From a virus: 64,000 nucleotides of DNA. Position 1 is the first letter of the stretch, and every line of letters begins with the position of its first letter. This document shows positions 44,181 through 53,540 of this stretch, in pieces. The stretch spans positions 64,001 through 128,000 of the IMG/VR virus record IMGVR_UViG_3300045391_000822; one strand, 5' to 3'. The notes below the pieces were generated by a model. That model worked only from the letters and a program-made list of their open reading frames with translations, was not told the origin of the DNA and did no database searches. The position numbers and the translations under genes were made by a program.

Positions 44181-44477
44181 TTACTTCTTGGGTTGTTTCT
44201 TAGGAAAGTAACGCTCTTCGTTAAGGCGGTGTTGAAGTTCAGGATCTGCTTCTTTCTCAAGACGTCGATACTCCTCGACCCACCGTTCTGGAGATAGGTC
44301 GTCTACTCGATAGGTGTGTACCGAGTTGTCAGGCCAGGTAGTGGCATCACCTACGAAGTAGTAATAGTCCTTACCTTTGACAAGCTTATCCTTGATGCCT
44401 GCCTGTCGAAGGGCCTTGTTGACGGTAGCAAGTGATGAGGTTACCAAGGAGGAAAGAACTCGTTCTGCGTAGGACAT
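44181..44477 (-). CDS. Hypothetical protein with N-terminal YAERVL tag
   Basis: MSYAERVLSSLVTS...VNKAL...LVKGKDYYYF. Confidence 0.7.
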   Translation of the reverse strand: MSYAERVLSSLVTSSLATVNKALRQAGIKDKLVKGKDYYYFVGDATTWPDNSVHTYRVDDLSPERWVEEYRRLEKEADPELQHRLNEERYFPKKQPKK

Positions 44478-44479
44478 GG

Positions 44480-45448
44480 TTACCCCTGATATTCAACATT
44501 AACGATACGAGGCTTACCACGCCTAGCTGGCGTTATGGACACTACCCTATAAGAGCCGCCTCGATTGAGCAATATCTCTTCTTCCGACCTCACGGCATGG
44601 CCGCCCTTCTTGAACTGGGAAAGTGAATCTACAGAAATAGCCTTGGATCCCTTCGGCACCTTGATGTTCAACATAGTGGGGCTATCACCGCGTACAAAAT
44701 TATCTGCGGTGTCCTCATCGGTAGACGTAGATAAGAAGGCATCGTCTTTGTAGGAATCACCGGGCTTTAGGTTAGCGAACCTATCCATATCGGTAGGGCC
44801 GACTCCCCGGAATACCTGGATGTCCTGAGTTGTGCTAGCCCTGCTAAAGGCGTCGTCCATCAACTTTACTGCCTTACGGTCTTCCTTAGACATGGAAGAA
44901 CCAGTACGTAGTGCCTTGTTGACCCCCAGATACAGAGAACCAGTGTACTCATTTAGGGCTTGGCGTTCAGCATCGGATACATGGACTTCTGCGGCTTTAT
45001 GTGCCTCTGCACTCTTTGATACCCTTGAGATCTTACCTTTCTTCGGTTTAGCAGGAGCTGGTGACGGAGCCGTTTTCTTAGGTGGTGGAGAGTCCCGGGT
45101 TGGAGCAACTCTAGGACGCTCCTGAATAGGTTTCTCTTGAGATGGCGCTTTCTGCTGAGTGCTCATGTGCTTACGTATCTGATCCATAAGATCATCTGCA
45201 CGCTTCTGATTCTCAAGAGTAAACGGAGCGTTGACCGTGTCCGTCCATTGCTTCTTCAGATCCTCTACACTAGGCTCTCCAGACTCCTTGGACTTCTTAG
45301 ACGGTATATCACTATCCTTGCCACCTGTCCTGCCTGCATATTTAGAGTTGGGGTGCTTATCAAGGTAGTTCTTCTGTTGGATCTTAGATTTGTTGTTCCA
45401 CCAATCAGCTAGAATACGCTCTGCGAATCCTCGAACTTCGTAGGACAT
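44480..45448 (-). CDS. ADP-ribosyltransferase (VIP2/C3/Alt-like, R-S-ExE)
   Basis: YTGSLYLGVNKALR, QVFRG, FLSTS and SEEEILL catalytic motifs. Confidence 0.85.
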   Translation of the reverse strand: MSYEVRGFAERILADWWNNKSKIQQKNYLDKHPNSKYAGRTGGKDSDIPSKKSKESGEPSVEDLKKQWTDTVNAPFTLENQKRADDLMDQIRKHMSTQQKAPSQEKPIQERPRVAPTRDSPPPKKTAPSPAPAKPKKGKISRVSKSAEAHKAAEVHVSDAERQALNEYTGSLYLGVNKALRTGSSMSKEDRKAVKLMDDAFSRASTTQDIQVFRGVGPTDMDRFANLKPGDSYKDDAFLSTSTDEDTADNFVRGDSPTMLNIKVPKGSKAISVDSLSQFKKGGHAVRSEEEILLNRGGSYRVVSITPARRGKPRIVNVEYQG

Positions 45449-45457
45449 GGCGGTTCC

Positions 45458-45856
45458 TTACTTCAGACCAGAGAAGGTAGCGATACTAAGATAGAGTACT
45501 GTTCGCGCGCTCTCGGGTATGATGAACAACTTGGTGGCCCAACCGTCTGCATGGGAAGACATCTTAGGGTCCCAGGAGAGTAGGCGTTTCGTTCCTGCAG
45601 TGCCAGCAATAGGTGGATCTTGTCGACTCGGTGTAGCAGCCTTAAACTTCAGGGCACGCTGCAACTTCGATGCCACCTTCTTGGCCTCTTCTGGAGTCAT
45701 GCTGGCAATGAAGGCATGGGCGTCACGACCTACACCGTATTGAGGTTGCCATTTGACACCACTTACTTTGGTGACTTCGTCGATGACGCGGTGAATGGCA
45801 TCTGCGCTAGCACCAGCTTCAACGATGTTGGCAAGAACGCGTTGTGCGAATGACAT
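45458..45856 (-). CDS. Hypothetical protein with N-terminal FAQRVL tag
   Basis: AAGGA SD before ATG 45856 (MSFAQRVLANIVEA). Confidence 0.7.
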   Translation of the reverse strand: MSFAQRVLANIVEAGASADAIHRVIDEVTKVSGVKWQPQYGVGRDAHAFIASMTPEEAKKVASKLQRALKFKAATPSRQDPPIAGTAGTKRLLSWDPKMSSHADGWATKLFIIPESARTVLYLSIATFSGLK

Positions 45857-45858
45857 GG

Positions 45859-46074
45859 TTATTCCTTGGTATCTCTGGATGACGGACCGAACAGAAGACC
45901 TACCACAATGCAGAGTACGATCGTCCACATGAAGTAAGAAGCTGCTGCAGGATTGGGATTCAGGTAATCCAAGCCGTATAGGTAACCGTAGACGAGGCGA
46001 ATCAAGAATGTCACTATCATCGCCCGCCAGGTACCTACTCGGTAGTCCAGTATATGGTTGAGTAGATTTCTCAT
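45859..46074 (-). CDS. Small 2-TM membrane protein (holin candidate)
   Basis: Two hydrophobic helices and a charged C-terminus. Confidence 0.55.
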   Translation of the reverse strand: MRNLLNHILDYRVGTWRAMIVTFLIRLVYGYLYGLDYLNPNPAAASYFMWTIVLCIVVGLLFGPSSRDTKE

Positions 46075-46087
46075 CTTATGCTTCTAT

Positions 46088-47623
46088 CTAGATGATCTTG
46101 GCGTAGACGCCACCTAGGATTGTGCCTTGGTAACGGTTGTAGACTGTGGCAGGAGAGATCGCAATACCAACCGAACCCATAGCACCGAACTGCAGAGCAC
46201 GGGGATCGCCACTACCATCACCAGTATCGTTACCCTTGATGATCAGGTTACGCTTGATGTTCGGGAGTTCGTTATCGAGGCGGGACTGGATCTTCGATGC
46301 CATGTTGTCCAGGTAGGAAGTCTTCTCTACCGTTAATGAAATTGCCTGCCCACTGAACTCGAAAGCCTTCTCACCTTCTGCCAGGTACTGGGATTCAATA
46401 GCGTAGAGCTCTGCTATGAGTAGCCAATACTCTCGCATCGGCCCGGTAGGGTTAGTGAACGTGATGTTCGAGAATTGCCCACCCCACATATTGAACGCAT
46501 CAGCAGCACGACGTAGCCAGGTGAGGATCGTCGCTTCAGGGAACAGAAGATCAGTAGCACCGTAAAGGGTGGTGCGGGCCTTGTTGATCTTCGCCTTCAC
46601 ATCTGCGATAGCCAACGACATGCTAGGCAGGATCACCCAGAAGTCCGCACGCTCCGAGTACACCATTGAGGGCAGGTTCTGGTTCCAATACTTCCAAACC
46701 ATAGTCCACGGTTTGATGTAAGGCATAGTCATCGTAGACGTGTCTATCACGGCCGCGTAATACCAACCAGCGGCTACCCTATCAGGGCCTTGCGTTGCCG
46801 ACATACCAGGAGTCATTACCTGAGTTGATCCGACCAGGGTATCATCCCAGTAGATCTCCAGAGTCACGTTATCGTAGAGCTTCTCCGTAACCAGGTACAC
46901 GTTCGCAGATGTACCTTTCAGCTCTACCGATGGTGCTGCACCTACCGGCACCGTAGCCAAACCAGTAACCCGGAGGCCCTCGAAGTTGTAGAACTTCTGG
47001 AGGTTCGGGAGCGTCAAGGTCCACCGTATCTGGTAGGATTGGCCTTCCAACGTGGGTGGTACATTCGACGGTACGTTGATCAACGCCCTACCTAGAGCAG
47101 TGTTCGAGAACCCCGTACTCTGTACCTTATATTCATAGCAGGTACCGCTGGCGTATATCGTACCATCCGTGGTAATCAGTTCCCAGGTCATCGAGCCACC
47201 TGCGGGGTCAACACCTGGTTCGAAAGCAAACACGCCGGTGCCTACTGCTGAACCTCCGGCGTCTAGAGAACCTACCAAGTCCTGGAACGCATCGGGGTTC
47301 TGTATGGTAAATGGTACTGCCTGTTGCGTCGCCTCTAACACCTGGGATACCAGGATTGCCGAGTAGGCCCTCGCGTTGGTATTGATTGTCAGGGGTACCG
47401 CATAAGTGATACCGGCAGTTCCACCAGCTATGCCTACGTCTTGTACGCCTTGGGTGATAGCACCAGGCGTAACCGATATTGGTGGGGTAGTGGTAGGGGC
47501 TACCGTTCCGTAGGTGACTCCTGTTATGGTCTCACCTGAGGTGATCACCGAGTTCAGGTTTATCTGTACGGTAGTTGAGGCCCCTGCGTCTTTCGTAAAG
47601 ATGAATGTCTTCGCCATCTTCAT
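46088..47623 (-). CDS. Putative neck/head-tail adaptor with N-terminal beta-sandwich domains
   Basis: C-terminal helical domain (ILTWLRRAADAFN...FEFSGQAISLTVEKT) resembling adaptor proteins; function inferred. Confidence 0.5.
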   Translation of the reverse strand: MKMAKTFIFTKDAGASTTVQINLNSVITSGETITGVTYGTVAPTTTPPISVTPGAITQGVQDVGIAGGTAGITYAVPLTINTNARAYSAILVSQVLEATQQAVPFTIQNPDAFQDLVGSLDAGGSAVGTGVFAFEPGVDPAGGSMTWELITTDGTIYASGTCYEYKVQSTGFSNTALGRALINVPSNVPPTLEGQSYQIRWTLTLPNLQKFYNFEGLRVTGLATVPVGAAPSVELKGTSANVYLVTEKLYDNVTLEIYWDDTLVGSTQVMTPGMSATQGPDRVAAGWYYAAVIDTSTMTMPYIKPWTMVWKYWNQNLPSMVYSERADFWVILPSMSLAIADVKAKINKARTTLYGATDLLFPEATILTWLRRAADAFNMWGGQFSNITFTNPTGPMREYWLLIAELYAIESQYLAEGEKAFEFSGQAISLTVEKTSYLDNMASKIQSRLDNELPNIKRNLIIKGNDTGDGSGDPRALQFGAMGSVGIAISPATVYNRYQGTILGGVYAKII

Positions 47624-47628
47624 TCCTT

Positions 47629-49059
47629 TTATTTCGAGGCCTTGAAGTGTGCCTTCAACAGGACCACCGCTTCTGCCAGTGCTGCCTTTTCTGCAGGATC
47701 CAATTGCTCTTCCAGCCTAGCTGCTTCTCGCCTTGCCATAGCCTGTATTACCAGTTGTGCATTGACCGACAACGTCTTACCATTCAGGGACGCAGTCGTC
47801 ACTTCCAGGTGTCCGTCTTTCCGAAGTTGCACCGATTGGTCTAGTCCAGTGTGGTCTATCGGCTTCACCCATATCTTGCCTTTCTTACGGAAATGATCCG
47901 TCCTCAACACCCGGTCTAACAACTCCAACCTATCTTTGGGCACCGGAGCTTTCGACACCCGTGTGAAGTAACCAGTCTGCTTGAACTCCAACCGAGTGAC
48001 CTTACTCAGGAAATGAGTAGTCTCATCTACCGTGTTCAGCATCAACTCACCTCGGTCTGCCGCGCCTTCATCATACTCTGTAGGCTTACCGAACTTGCGT
48101 TCCAGGTTCTCTAATGCCATAGGAGAAGCCATCGACGGTGCGTTCACTCCAGACTGGGAAGGGTCTTCGTGTCCTTCCATTTCAGGATCACCAGGAGCTA
48201 GACGATCGCGTGTCACCGCAAAGCCGGGAGCAATATCTGGTGTTATCGACTCCTCGGTCATTCCAGTACCAACACCAGTCATCTCCGCGTCTTCTGGTTG
48301 ACCGTTGAAGTCCTTGCCAAGGAAGTCCATCGAGGAAAGGACCCGCATAGCCGCTTCCGACTTTCCAGGAGACTGAGGTGCTTCTATCTCGTGGGACTCA
48401 TCCGGCTTCTTCTGTGATGGGGCTTCATGCTTTTCCTGGCCCTCCCCATCATCATTGGTCTTCGGTTTCTTGGGAGGTGGCTCGTGTTTAACCGCCTCTT
48501 TGTCTGGACCTTCTTCTCCGCTCTTCTGGTCTTCAGCCGGCTTCTCATCTGCCGTAGAATCATCAGCAGAGCCACCAGCTCCAGATCCTCCATCCTCTTG
48601 TTCACCCTTGATATACCAGGAGCCATCAAGGCGTATCGCTTCGTAGGATTTACCATTGAAGGAGAAACTAGCGGTGCCTAGTAGACTGTTAATCCCATCT
48701 AGCTCTTCTGCATCTAGTGCAGGCATACCGGTGATGTCAGATGTCTTCTTTGAGTACTCTTCTACCTGATCCTTATCAGAAGGTATTCCATCTGCAGGAA
48801 CCTTAGAGTCATCTTGGAATCCATAGGAATCATGTTCTTCTTCGAATTCCTGTTCATCGGAAACCGGCTCTTCTCCACTAGACGAAGGATCTACCGATGC
48901 AGGATCCGGTGTGGGGTTCGGCCCTGGAATCACGTCGATAGGATCATCATGTGGAACTGGTACCGCTTCTACCGATAAACCTAAGGTAGATAGGATACGG
49001 TTACTCAGAGGGTTCGTGTTCTTGAGGTTCTTATTGAGGTTACCAACGGTGTACTTCAT
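47629..49059 (-). CDS. Acidic low-complexity protein (internal head candidate)
   Basis: GGAG SD before ATG 49059; LSNRILSTLGLSVEA near the N-terminus; D/E/P-rich. Confidence 0.7.
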   Translation of the reverse strand: MKYTVGNLNKNLKNTNPLSNRILSTLGLSVEAVPVPHDDPIDVIPGPNPTPDPASVDPSSSGEEPVSDEQEFEEEHDSYGFQDDSKVPADGIPSDKDQVEEYSKKTSDITGMPALDAEELDGINSLLGTASFSFNGKSYEAIRLDGSWYIKGEQEDGGSGAGGSADDSTADEKPAEDQKSGEEGPDKEAVKHEPPPKKPKTNDDGEGQEKHEAPSQKKPDESHEIEAPQSPGKSEAAMRVLSSMDFLGKDFNGQPEDAEMTGVGTGMTEESITPDIAPGFAVTRDRLAPGDPEMEGHEDPSQSGVNAPSMASPMALENLERKFGKPTEYDEGAADRGELMLNTVDETTHFLSKVTRLEFKQTGYFTRVSKAPVPKDRLELLDRVLRTDHFRKKGKIWVKPIDHTGLDQSVQLRKDGHLEVTTASLNGKTLSVNAQLVIQAMARREAARLEEQLDPAEKAALAEAVVLLKAHFKASK

Positions 49060-49152
49060 GTTCTTCTCCACCTATTGAAGGTGTTCTGTTCAGGAGTTCG
49101 GGAGCGGGTGGTGTATCTCGAAGTGGGGGTGTCCTAGAGATGGTGTGTTCAA

Positions 49153-49200
49153 CCTACCTAGAAAACCTTAAGAATAGGGCTAAGAGGAGTGGGGTGTAAA
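49153..49200 (-). promoter_or_regulatory. Sigma70-like promoter, copy 2 of a duplicated element
   Basis: Minus strand TTTACA-N18-TATTCT; near-identical to 38602-38649. Confidence 0.55.
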
Positions 49201-49345
49201 AGGGTTGGAATCCATTGGTTTTACACCTATAGAAAGTGATGTTAGGACCTCTGAAGACCCCACAGGATACCAGGAGACCAAATGTCTTCTAAACAGGCCC
49301 TTAAAATTCCACCTAACACGGAGTCCAGGTCTCCGGACCGGCCCC

Positions 49346-51142
49346 CTAAACATCTAGGTTTATCTTGTCTAGGAAACCACGTCGATCTACGTTGAACTGT
49401 AAACGTGCACCAGTATCTAAGATAACCTGGAATACCGAATCAGTGCCTTGACGTACAACCTGAGATGGCTTGTACGGACGCATCTTCAAGTTCGCCATAC
49501 CTAGTGCAGCAACAAATGCCAAGAAGTTCACATCTGTAGAGAACGTAATAGCACCTTCCTGCTCGTCAATTAATGCACGTCCACGAGTGAACTTAAGAAC
49601 AGTCTTTACCATGATAGACCATGCTTTAGCATTAACTCGTTGGATACGTGATTTACGCTCCTCTTCAGCATCTGGTGTAGATTCTGAGTCCTTCGAATCG
49701 GTCTTACCTATACCCGTAGAAGTCCTGTCCCTAGACCTATCTTCGCCTAGAACAGGAGATCCTTTATACACCGATCCAGTAGACTTAGCAGAGCTGGAAT
49801 TATAGCCAGAACGAATCTTAGCTTGTACGATCTCAAGGTTTGTCTCCATACCTACAGAAGAGGTTATGCCAGCACCGGGGGCACTAAGAGACTGGAATAA
49901 CTGTCCTTTCTCTTTAGGTGTAAGGCCCTGGATATCGGAGGTCTCACCTATGTCTGAGGTTGAATCTGTATCGTCATCACCCTCACCAGCACCCTCTGCG
50001 GAAACCTCTGAAGTATTATCCTCAGATTCACCTAAATCATAGGTGTATGGATCTTCTTCTAGTTCACCGTCAGAATTGATTTCTGTATGCCATTCGGTGC
50101 TATCTGGATCTAGTAGTTGTTCCCCCTCTTCTGGTGTTTCTAGAGAGGAATCTACTTCATCTGGAAACCCATGTTCTTGGTAGTATTCCAGTTGATCGCC
50201 GCAGGCTTCTACTCCGGTGTCTTTGGATTCCTTAGATTCTTTGTTGAGCTTGTTTGCATATGGATCACGTAGTAAGGACCCATCTACTCCTAATGGCGTT
50301 TGCATACTCTCACCGTTTTGTGGACGCATATCCGGAACTATTTGGTTACCCACTCCCATGCCTCTGCTGATATCATCCAACCCTAGGGCGCGGACTGACC
50401 GGTTTTTACCACCCTTTTTAACCCCTGGAATAGCCCCATTTTCTGGAGTTAAGGACTGCTCGAAATCTTGTGATTCCTGGCCGGTGTCGGACTCTTCTGG
50501 TATTTGGAGCGCACCTTCTTCCGGATCCTCATCATCCTCGGACCCAAGGAGTAGCAGATCTTCCTCATCTACCGGAGGAACTAAGGGATCACCAGCATCT
50601 CCAGCACCAGCGCCTTCTGGTCCTAGTTCTGGATATTCTAGATCAGGAGTAGGCTTAAGAGTAGGAGTAGAGGCATGTTCGCTAAGAGATGGCGTACCGC
50701 TGGTGGTTGAACCAGGAGAACCGATGTTGTTATCAGCGCGGGATGCATCATACAACTCGTTTAATTCCTGTTCGTCATCACCTGGATTTTCATCCATTGG
50801 ATTGCTCATATTTCCTTCTCCTGGGCCGGTCTTAAGATTAACCCGCTCGGCGGTTGTTGAGACGGAGCTAGCGCCGGCAAAGGGTTCTGTTCCGATTGCT
50901 TGTGTTGGATCATCGGCTGAATCTGACGGCGCATCGTCCAAATCATTAGGGGTAGGTGACGTATCATCTGGAGATCCAGGAAGCCTAGGTAATTCGGTTA
51001 TCTTCTGTTGAGGAACTACAGGATCAGGACGCAGGTTATTCTGCTGCGTCTTATCAGGGAATTGATAACCAGGTAGTTGTGGGCACTCGTTATCTGCCTG
51101 ATCCTGTCGTGGAATGTCTGCTAGAATCTTTTTCTTAGACAT
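49346..51142 (-). CDS. Acidic intrinsically disordered protein with small C-terminal folded domain
   Basis: About 598 aa, D/E/P/S/G-rich; probable ATG 51142 (MSKKKILA). Confidence 0.7.
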   Translation of the reverse strand: MSKKKILADIPRQDQADNECPQLPGYQFPDKTQQNNLRPDPVVPQQKITELPRLPGSPDDTSPTPNDLDDAPSDSADDPTQAIGTEPFAGASSVSTTAERVNLKTGPGEGNMSNPMDENPGDDEQELNELYDASRADNNIGSPGSTTSGTPSLSEHASTPTLKPTPDLEYPELGPEGAGAGDAGDPLVPPVDEEDLLLLGSEDDEDPEEGALQIPEESDTGQESQDFEQSLTPENGAIPGVKKGGKNRSVRALGLDDISRGMGVGNQIVPDMRPQNGESMQTPLGVDGSLLRDPYANKLNKESKESKDTGVEACGDQLEYYQEHGFPDEVDSSLETPEEGEQLLDPDSTEWHTEINSDGELEEDPYTYDLGESEDNTSEVSAEGAGEGDDDTDSTSDIGETSDIQGLTPKEKGQLFQSLSAPGAGITSSVGMETNLEIVQAKIRSGYNSSSAKSTGSVYKGSPVLGEDRSRDRTSTGIGKTDSKDSESTPDAEEERKSRIQRVNAKAWSIMVKTVLKFTRGRALIDEQEGAITFSTDVNFLAFVAALGMANLKMRPYKPSQVVRQGTDSVFQVILDTGARLQFNVDRRGFLDKINLDV

Positions 51143-51147
51143 CTGGA

Positions 51148-51768
51148 TTACCAACCTGAACGGCCTCGGCCTCCACGACGCTGGTCACGCTGACGTGGAG
51201 TCTTGGATCCTTCGTAGGCAGCTTCAAGAGTACCTTGTTCGCCTTGGTCTACCAATTCTGGTGTTTCCGAATCTGTGGCAACAAGAATACGAGATGCTAT
51301 GGTGCTGGCTTTCATTTGTTCACCGTCTTGCTGATGTTGTAGATCGTTCAATTCTTGTTGGAGTTCATCAGCCCAATCACGATCTCCAGTTCGTTTCGCA
51401 TCCTGGAGTTGTTGGCGGATATTTTTGATTTGCTCATCTAATTTCGACGCCATAATCTTCTCCACGACGTGGTTGAATTGGCTGAAAAGGGAAGAGGCCG
51501 CTACGGTGTAGACGGCCCCTGTAGGACATGGGAATGAGGAACTATCTCCCAGGGGAGAACAGAAAATGCTATCCACTTCGCGTAGAGGATACACCAGATA
51601 AGGTTCACCGTCGAGAATGATTGCCACGTCGTACAACACTTTCGATTCGTTGAACCCCACACCGACGATTTGACCGGGTATGGGGTCCACACCAGTACCC
51701 AGGTTGAGTGTGCAGGCATCACCTATAGCCAATCGTGCAGGGAACACCTCTTTGGAGTGGATCTTCAT
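51148..51768 (-). CDS. Hypothetical multi-module protein
   Basis: SH3-like N-terminus, coiled coil and IASRILVA motif; possible internal starts. Confidence 0.65.
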   Translation of the reverse strand: MKIHSKEVFPARLAIGDACTLNLGTGVDPIPGQIVGVGFNESKVLYDVAIILDGEPYLVYPLREVDSIFCSPLGDSSSFPCPTGAVYTVAASSLFSQFNHVVEKIMASKLDEQIKNIRQQLQDAKRTGDRDWADELQQELNDLQHQQDGEQMKASTIASRILVATDSETPELVDQGEQGTLEAAYEGSKTPRQRDQRRGGRGRSGW

Positions 51769-51770
51769 TT

Positions 51771-52172
51771 CTATGCCTCTGGATTAGGAGGATTCTGCGA
51801 CATGTAGATTTTCGCTGCACGGGAAAAGGCAGAAGCTAAAGCAGAGGTTACGTATTCCGATCGGGAGCGTATTGCCTTAGACAACAGCTCTGGAAAGGAG
51901 CTAGCCATAACCTTGTAATAGCCTTTCCCTTTGATTGGGAAACTAACGCCTAGGCGAGAGATTGTCATTCCGTAGGATGATATTTCTCGCAGCTGGTAGG
52001 AGTAATAAGATACCTGAAGCCCATCGAATTGCCAATGGGCTTCACGAGTTCCGTCTTTCGATGGCTGTTCACCTAGGACTTTACTCAATAGGTCAACGGT
52101 GTATTTGTGATTGTCTGCGGGGTTTGCTTTGATTTGTAGAGCGCTCAGAATACGTTGAGCAAGGTGCTGCAT
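51771..52172 (-). CDS. Hypothetical protein with N-terminal LAQRIL tag
   Basis: MQHLAQRILSALQIKA; GAGG SD. Confidence 0.7.
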   Translation of the reverse strand: MQHLAQRILSALQIKANPADNHKYTVDLLSKVLGEQPSKDGTREAHWQFDGLQVSYYSYQLREISSYGMTISRLGVSFPIKGKGYYKVMASSFPELLSKAIRSRSEYVTSALASAFSRAAKIYMSQNPPNPEA

Positions 52173-52191
52173 GGTCCTCTCCGGTTATTGC

Positions 52192-53472
52192 TTATTCTTT
52201 CGGTTGGGTAAAGATACGTGCGATCTTCTTGATCTGCGTATCGTTCAGGTCGAAACGCTCACGCAGGAATTCCAGATCGTGCTGCGTCAGATCATTACCC
52301 TGTCCGACGGTGGTAACAATGAAGTCGATGTAGTATTGGCCACCCTCTTTGCCAGGCTTCATACGGATCTTCGTACCACGGGACTTCTTCACAACCTGTT
52401 TAACTTCAAGTAGGAGAGTGGTGGCCATCTTGGTAACGCTGGACTTATCTACACCAGCAACCTTGCGGAAGGTAAACCGTAGAGTATGAGTAGAAGGATC
52501 GACCCCGACTTTCTGGATGTAATCCCTGTAGGAGAACATCTCCTTGGTGAGTTCTGTGGGATCCAAATTCATCTGGAAGGACAAGGGGATGACACCAAGT
52601 GACGAACTAAAGTTCTCTACTTCAAGCATGTCAGCCAAAGTTTTTACTGCGTCACCAACAGATTCAACATCATGCCCGTCAGAACGAGCAGCTAACTTCA
52701 AGGGCAGCTCAAACTCATGGTCCAGGTAGATCTTAACAGAAGCTTCTTCACCTGACTTAGCAAAGTTTCCTTGATTCCATTGCACTGCGATGTAGAGAGC
52801 AGGAGCTGCTTCACCATCTTCATTGAGAGCGTTGATCAGCATGATGTAGGAGGTGAAAACTAGAGAGCCCCCTTCGGAAACGTTGACGTACAGGAACGTC
52901 TTGGAGTCCTCGAAATGCACATGCTCTTCGACTTCACGCGCAATCGCATCGATGTAGTCTTGGAACGATTTCGGTACGTGGGCTTCAGCTACTTCGTTCA
53001 GGAAACCAAGAACTTCCGAGAGCTGTGCTTGGATTTCTTGCTTCAGCTTGGTAATACCGCCTTTCGCTCGTTCTAGATCACGAGCATCAGGAAACTGCAT
53101 ATCTAGTTGAGCCTCAACAGCTTCCAGGGTCTGGTACTTGCTGTACAGATCTTGTGCAAGCCCGTATTGATTCTTTAGCTTACCGATGGCAGGTACCACC
53201 ACACGATCGAGTTTCTTATCGATCGTTTTCTTCAAGGCTTGTTTCCGCTTGCGTTGATCCGAAGCAGAAGGTGGAGTCACGTTGAACTCTTCAAAGGTAG
53301 CGGCTTGGATCTTCATCGAAGCAGCCACCCAATCTTGAGGACGGGTAAGGAAAGACAGAACCTTCTGTTGTTTGCGAACTAGTTGGCTGAGGTCTCGAAC
53401 CTCTTCAGCCATTTCCGACACGAACTTATCCACGTCAGAGACGTAGCGGAACTTGGGGAGATCTTGCGCCAT
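52192..53472 (-). CDS. Conserved structural-module hypothetical protein
   Basis: GGAG SD before ATG 53472 (MAQDLPKF); coiled-coil N-half. Confidence 0.7.
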   Translation of the reverse strand: MAQDLPKFRYVSDVDKFVSEMAEEVRDLSQLVRKQQKVLSFLTRPQDWVAASMKIQAATFEEFNVTPPSASDQRKRKQALKKTIDKKLDRVVVPAIGKLKNQYGLAQDLYSKYQTLEAVEAQLDMQFPDARDLERAKGGITKLKQEIQAQLSEVLGFLNEVAEAHVPKSFQDYIDAIAREVEEHVHFEDSKTFLYVNVSEGGSLVFTSYIMLINALNEDGEAAPALYIAVQWNQGNFAKSGEEASVKIYLDHEFELPLKLAARSDGHDVESVGDAVKTLADMLEVENFSSSLGVIPLSFQMNLDPTELTKEMFSYRDYIQKVGVDPSTHTLRFTFRKVAGVDKSSVTKMATTLLLEVKQVVKKSRGTKIRMKPGKEGGQYYIDFIVTTVGQGNDLTQHDLEFLRERFDLNDTQIKKIARIFTQPKE

Positions 53473-53523
53473 CTTTGCGCTCCATTTGTTTTGGTCTGAG
53501 TGGGGCACTGATGATGCCCTTCG

Positions 53524-53540
53524 ATGTAAAATTGATCGTC
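53524..53540 (-). promoter_or_regulatory. Putative late promoter (GACGATCAATTTTACAT)
   Basis: 17-nt exact duplicate of 54901-54917. Confidence 0.7.

Noticed and set aside
50217-51011. 264-aa Ser/Pro-rich plus-strand ORF
   Set aside because: Antisense mirror of the acidic 49346..51142 gene.
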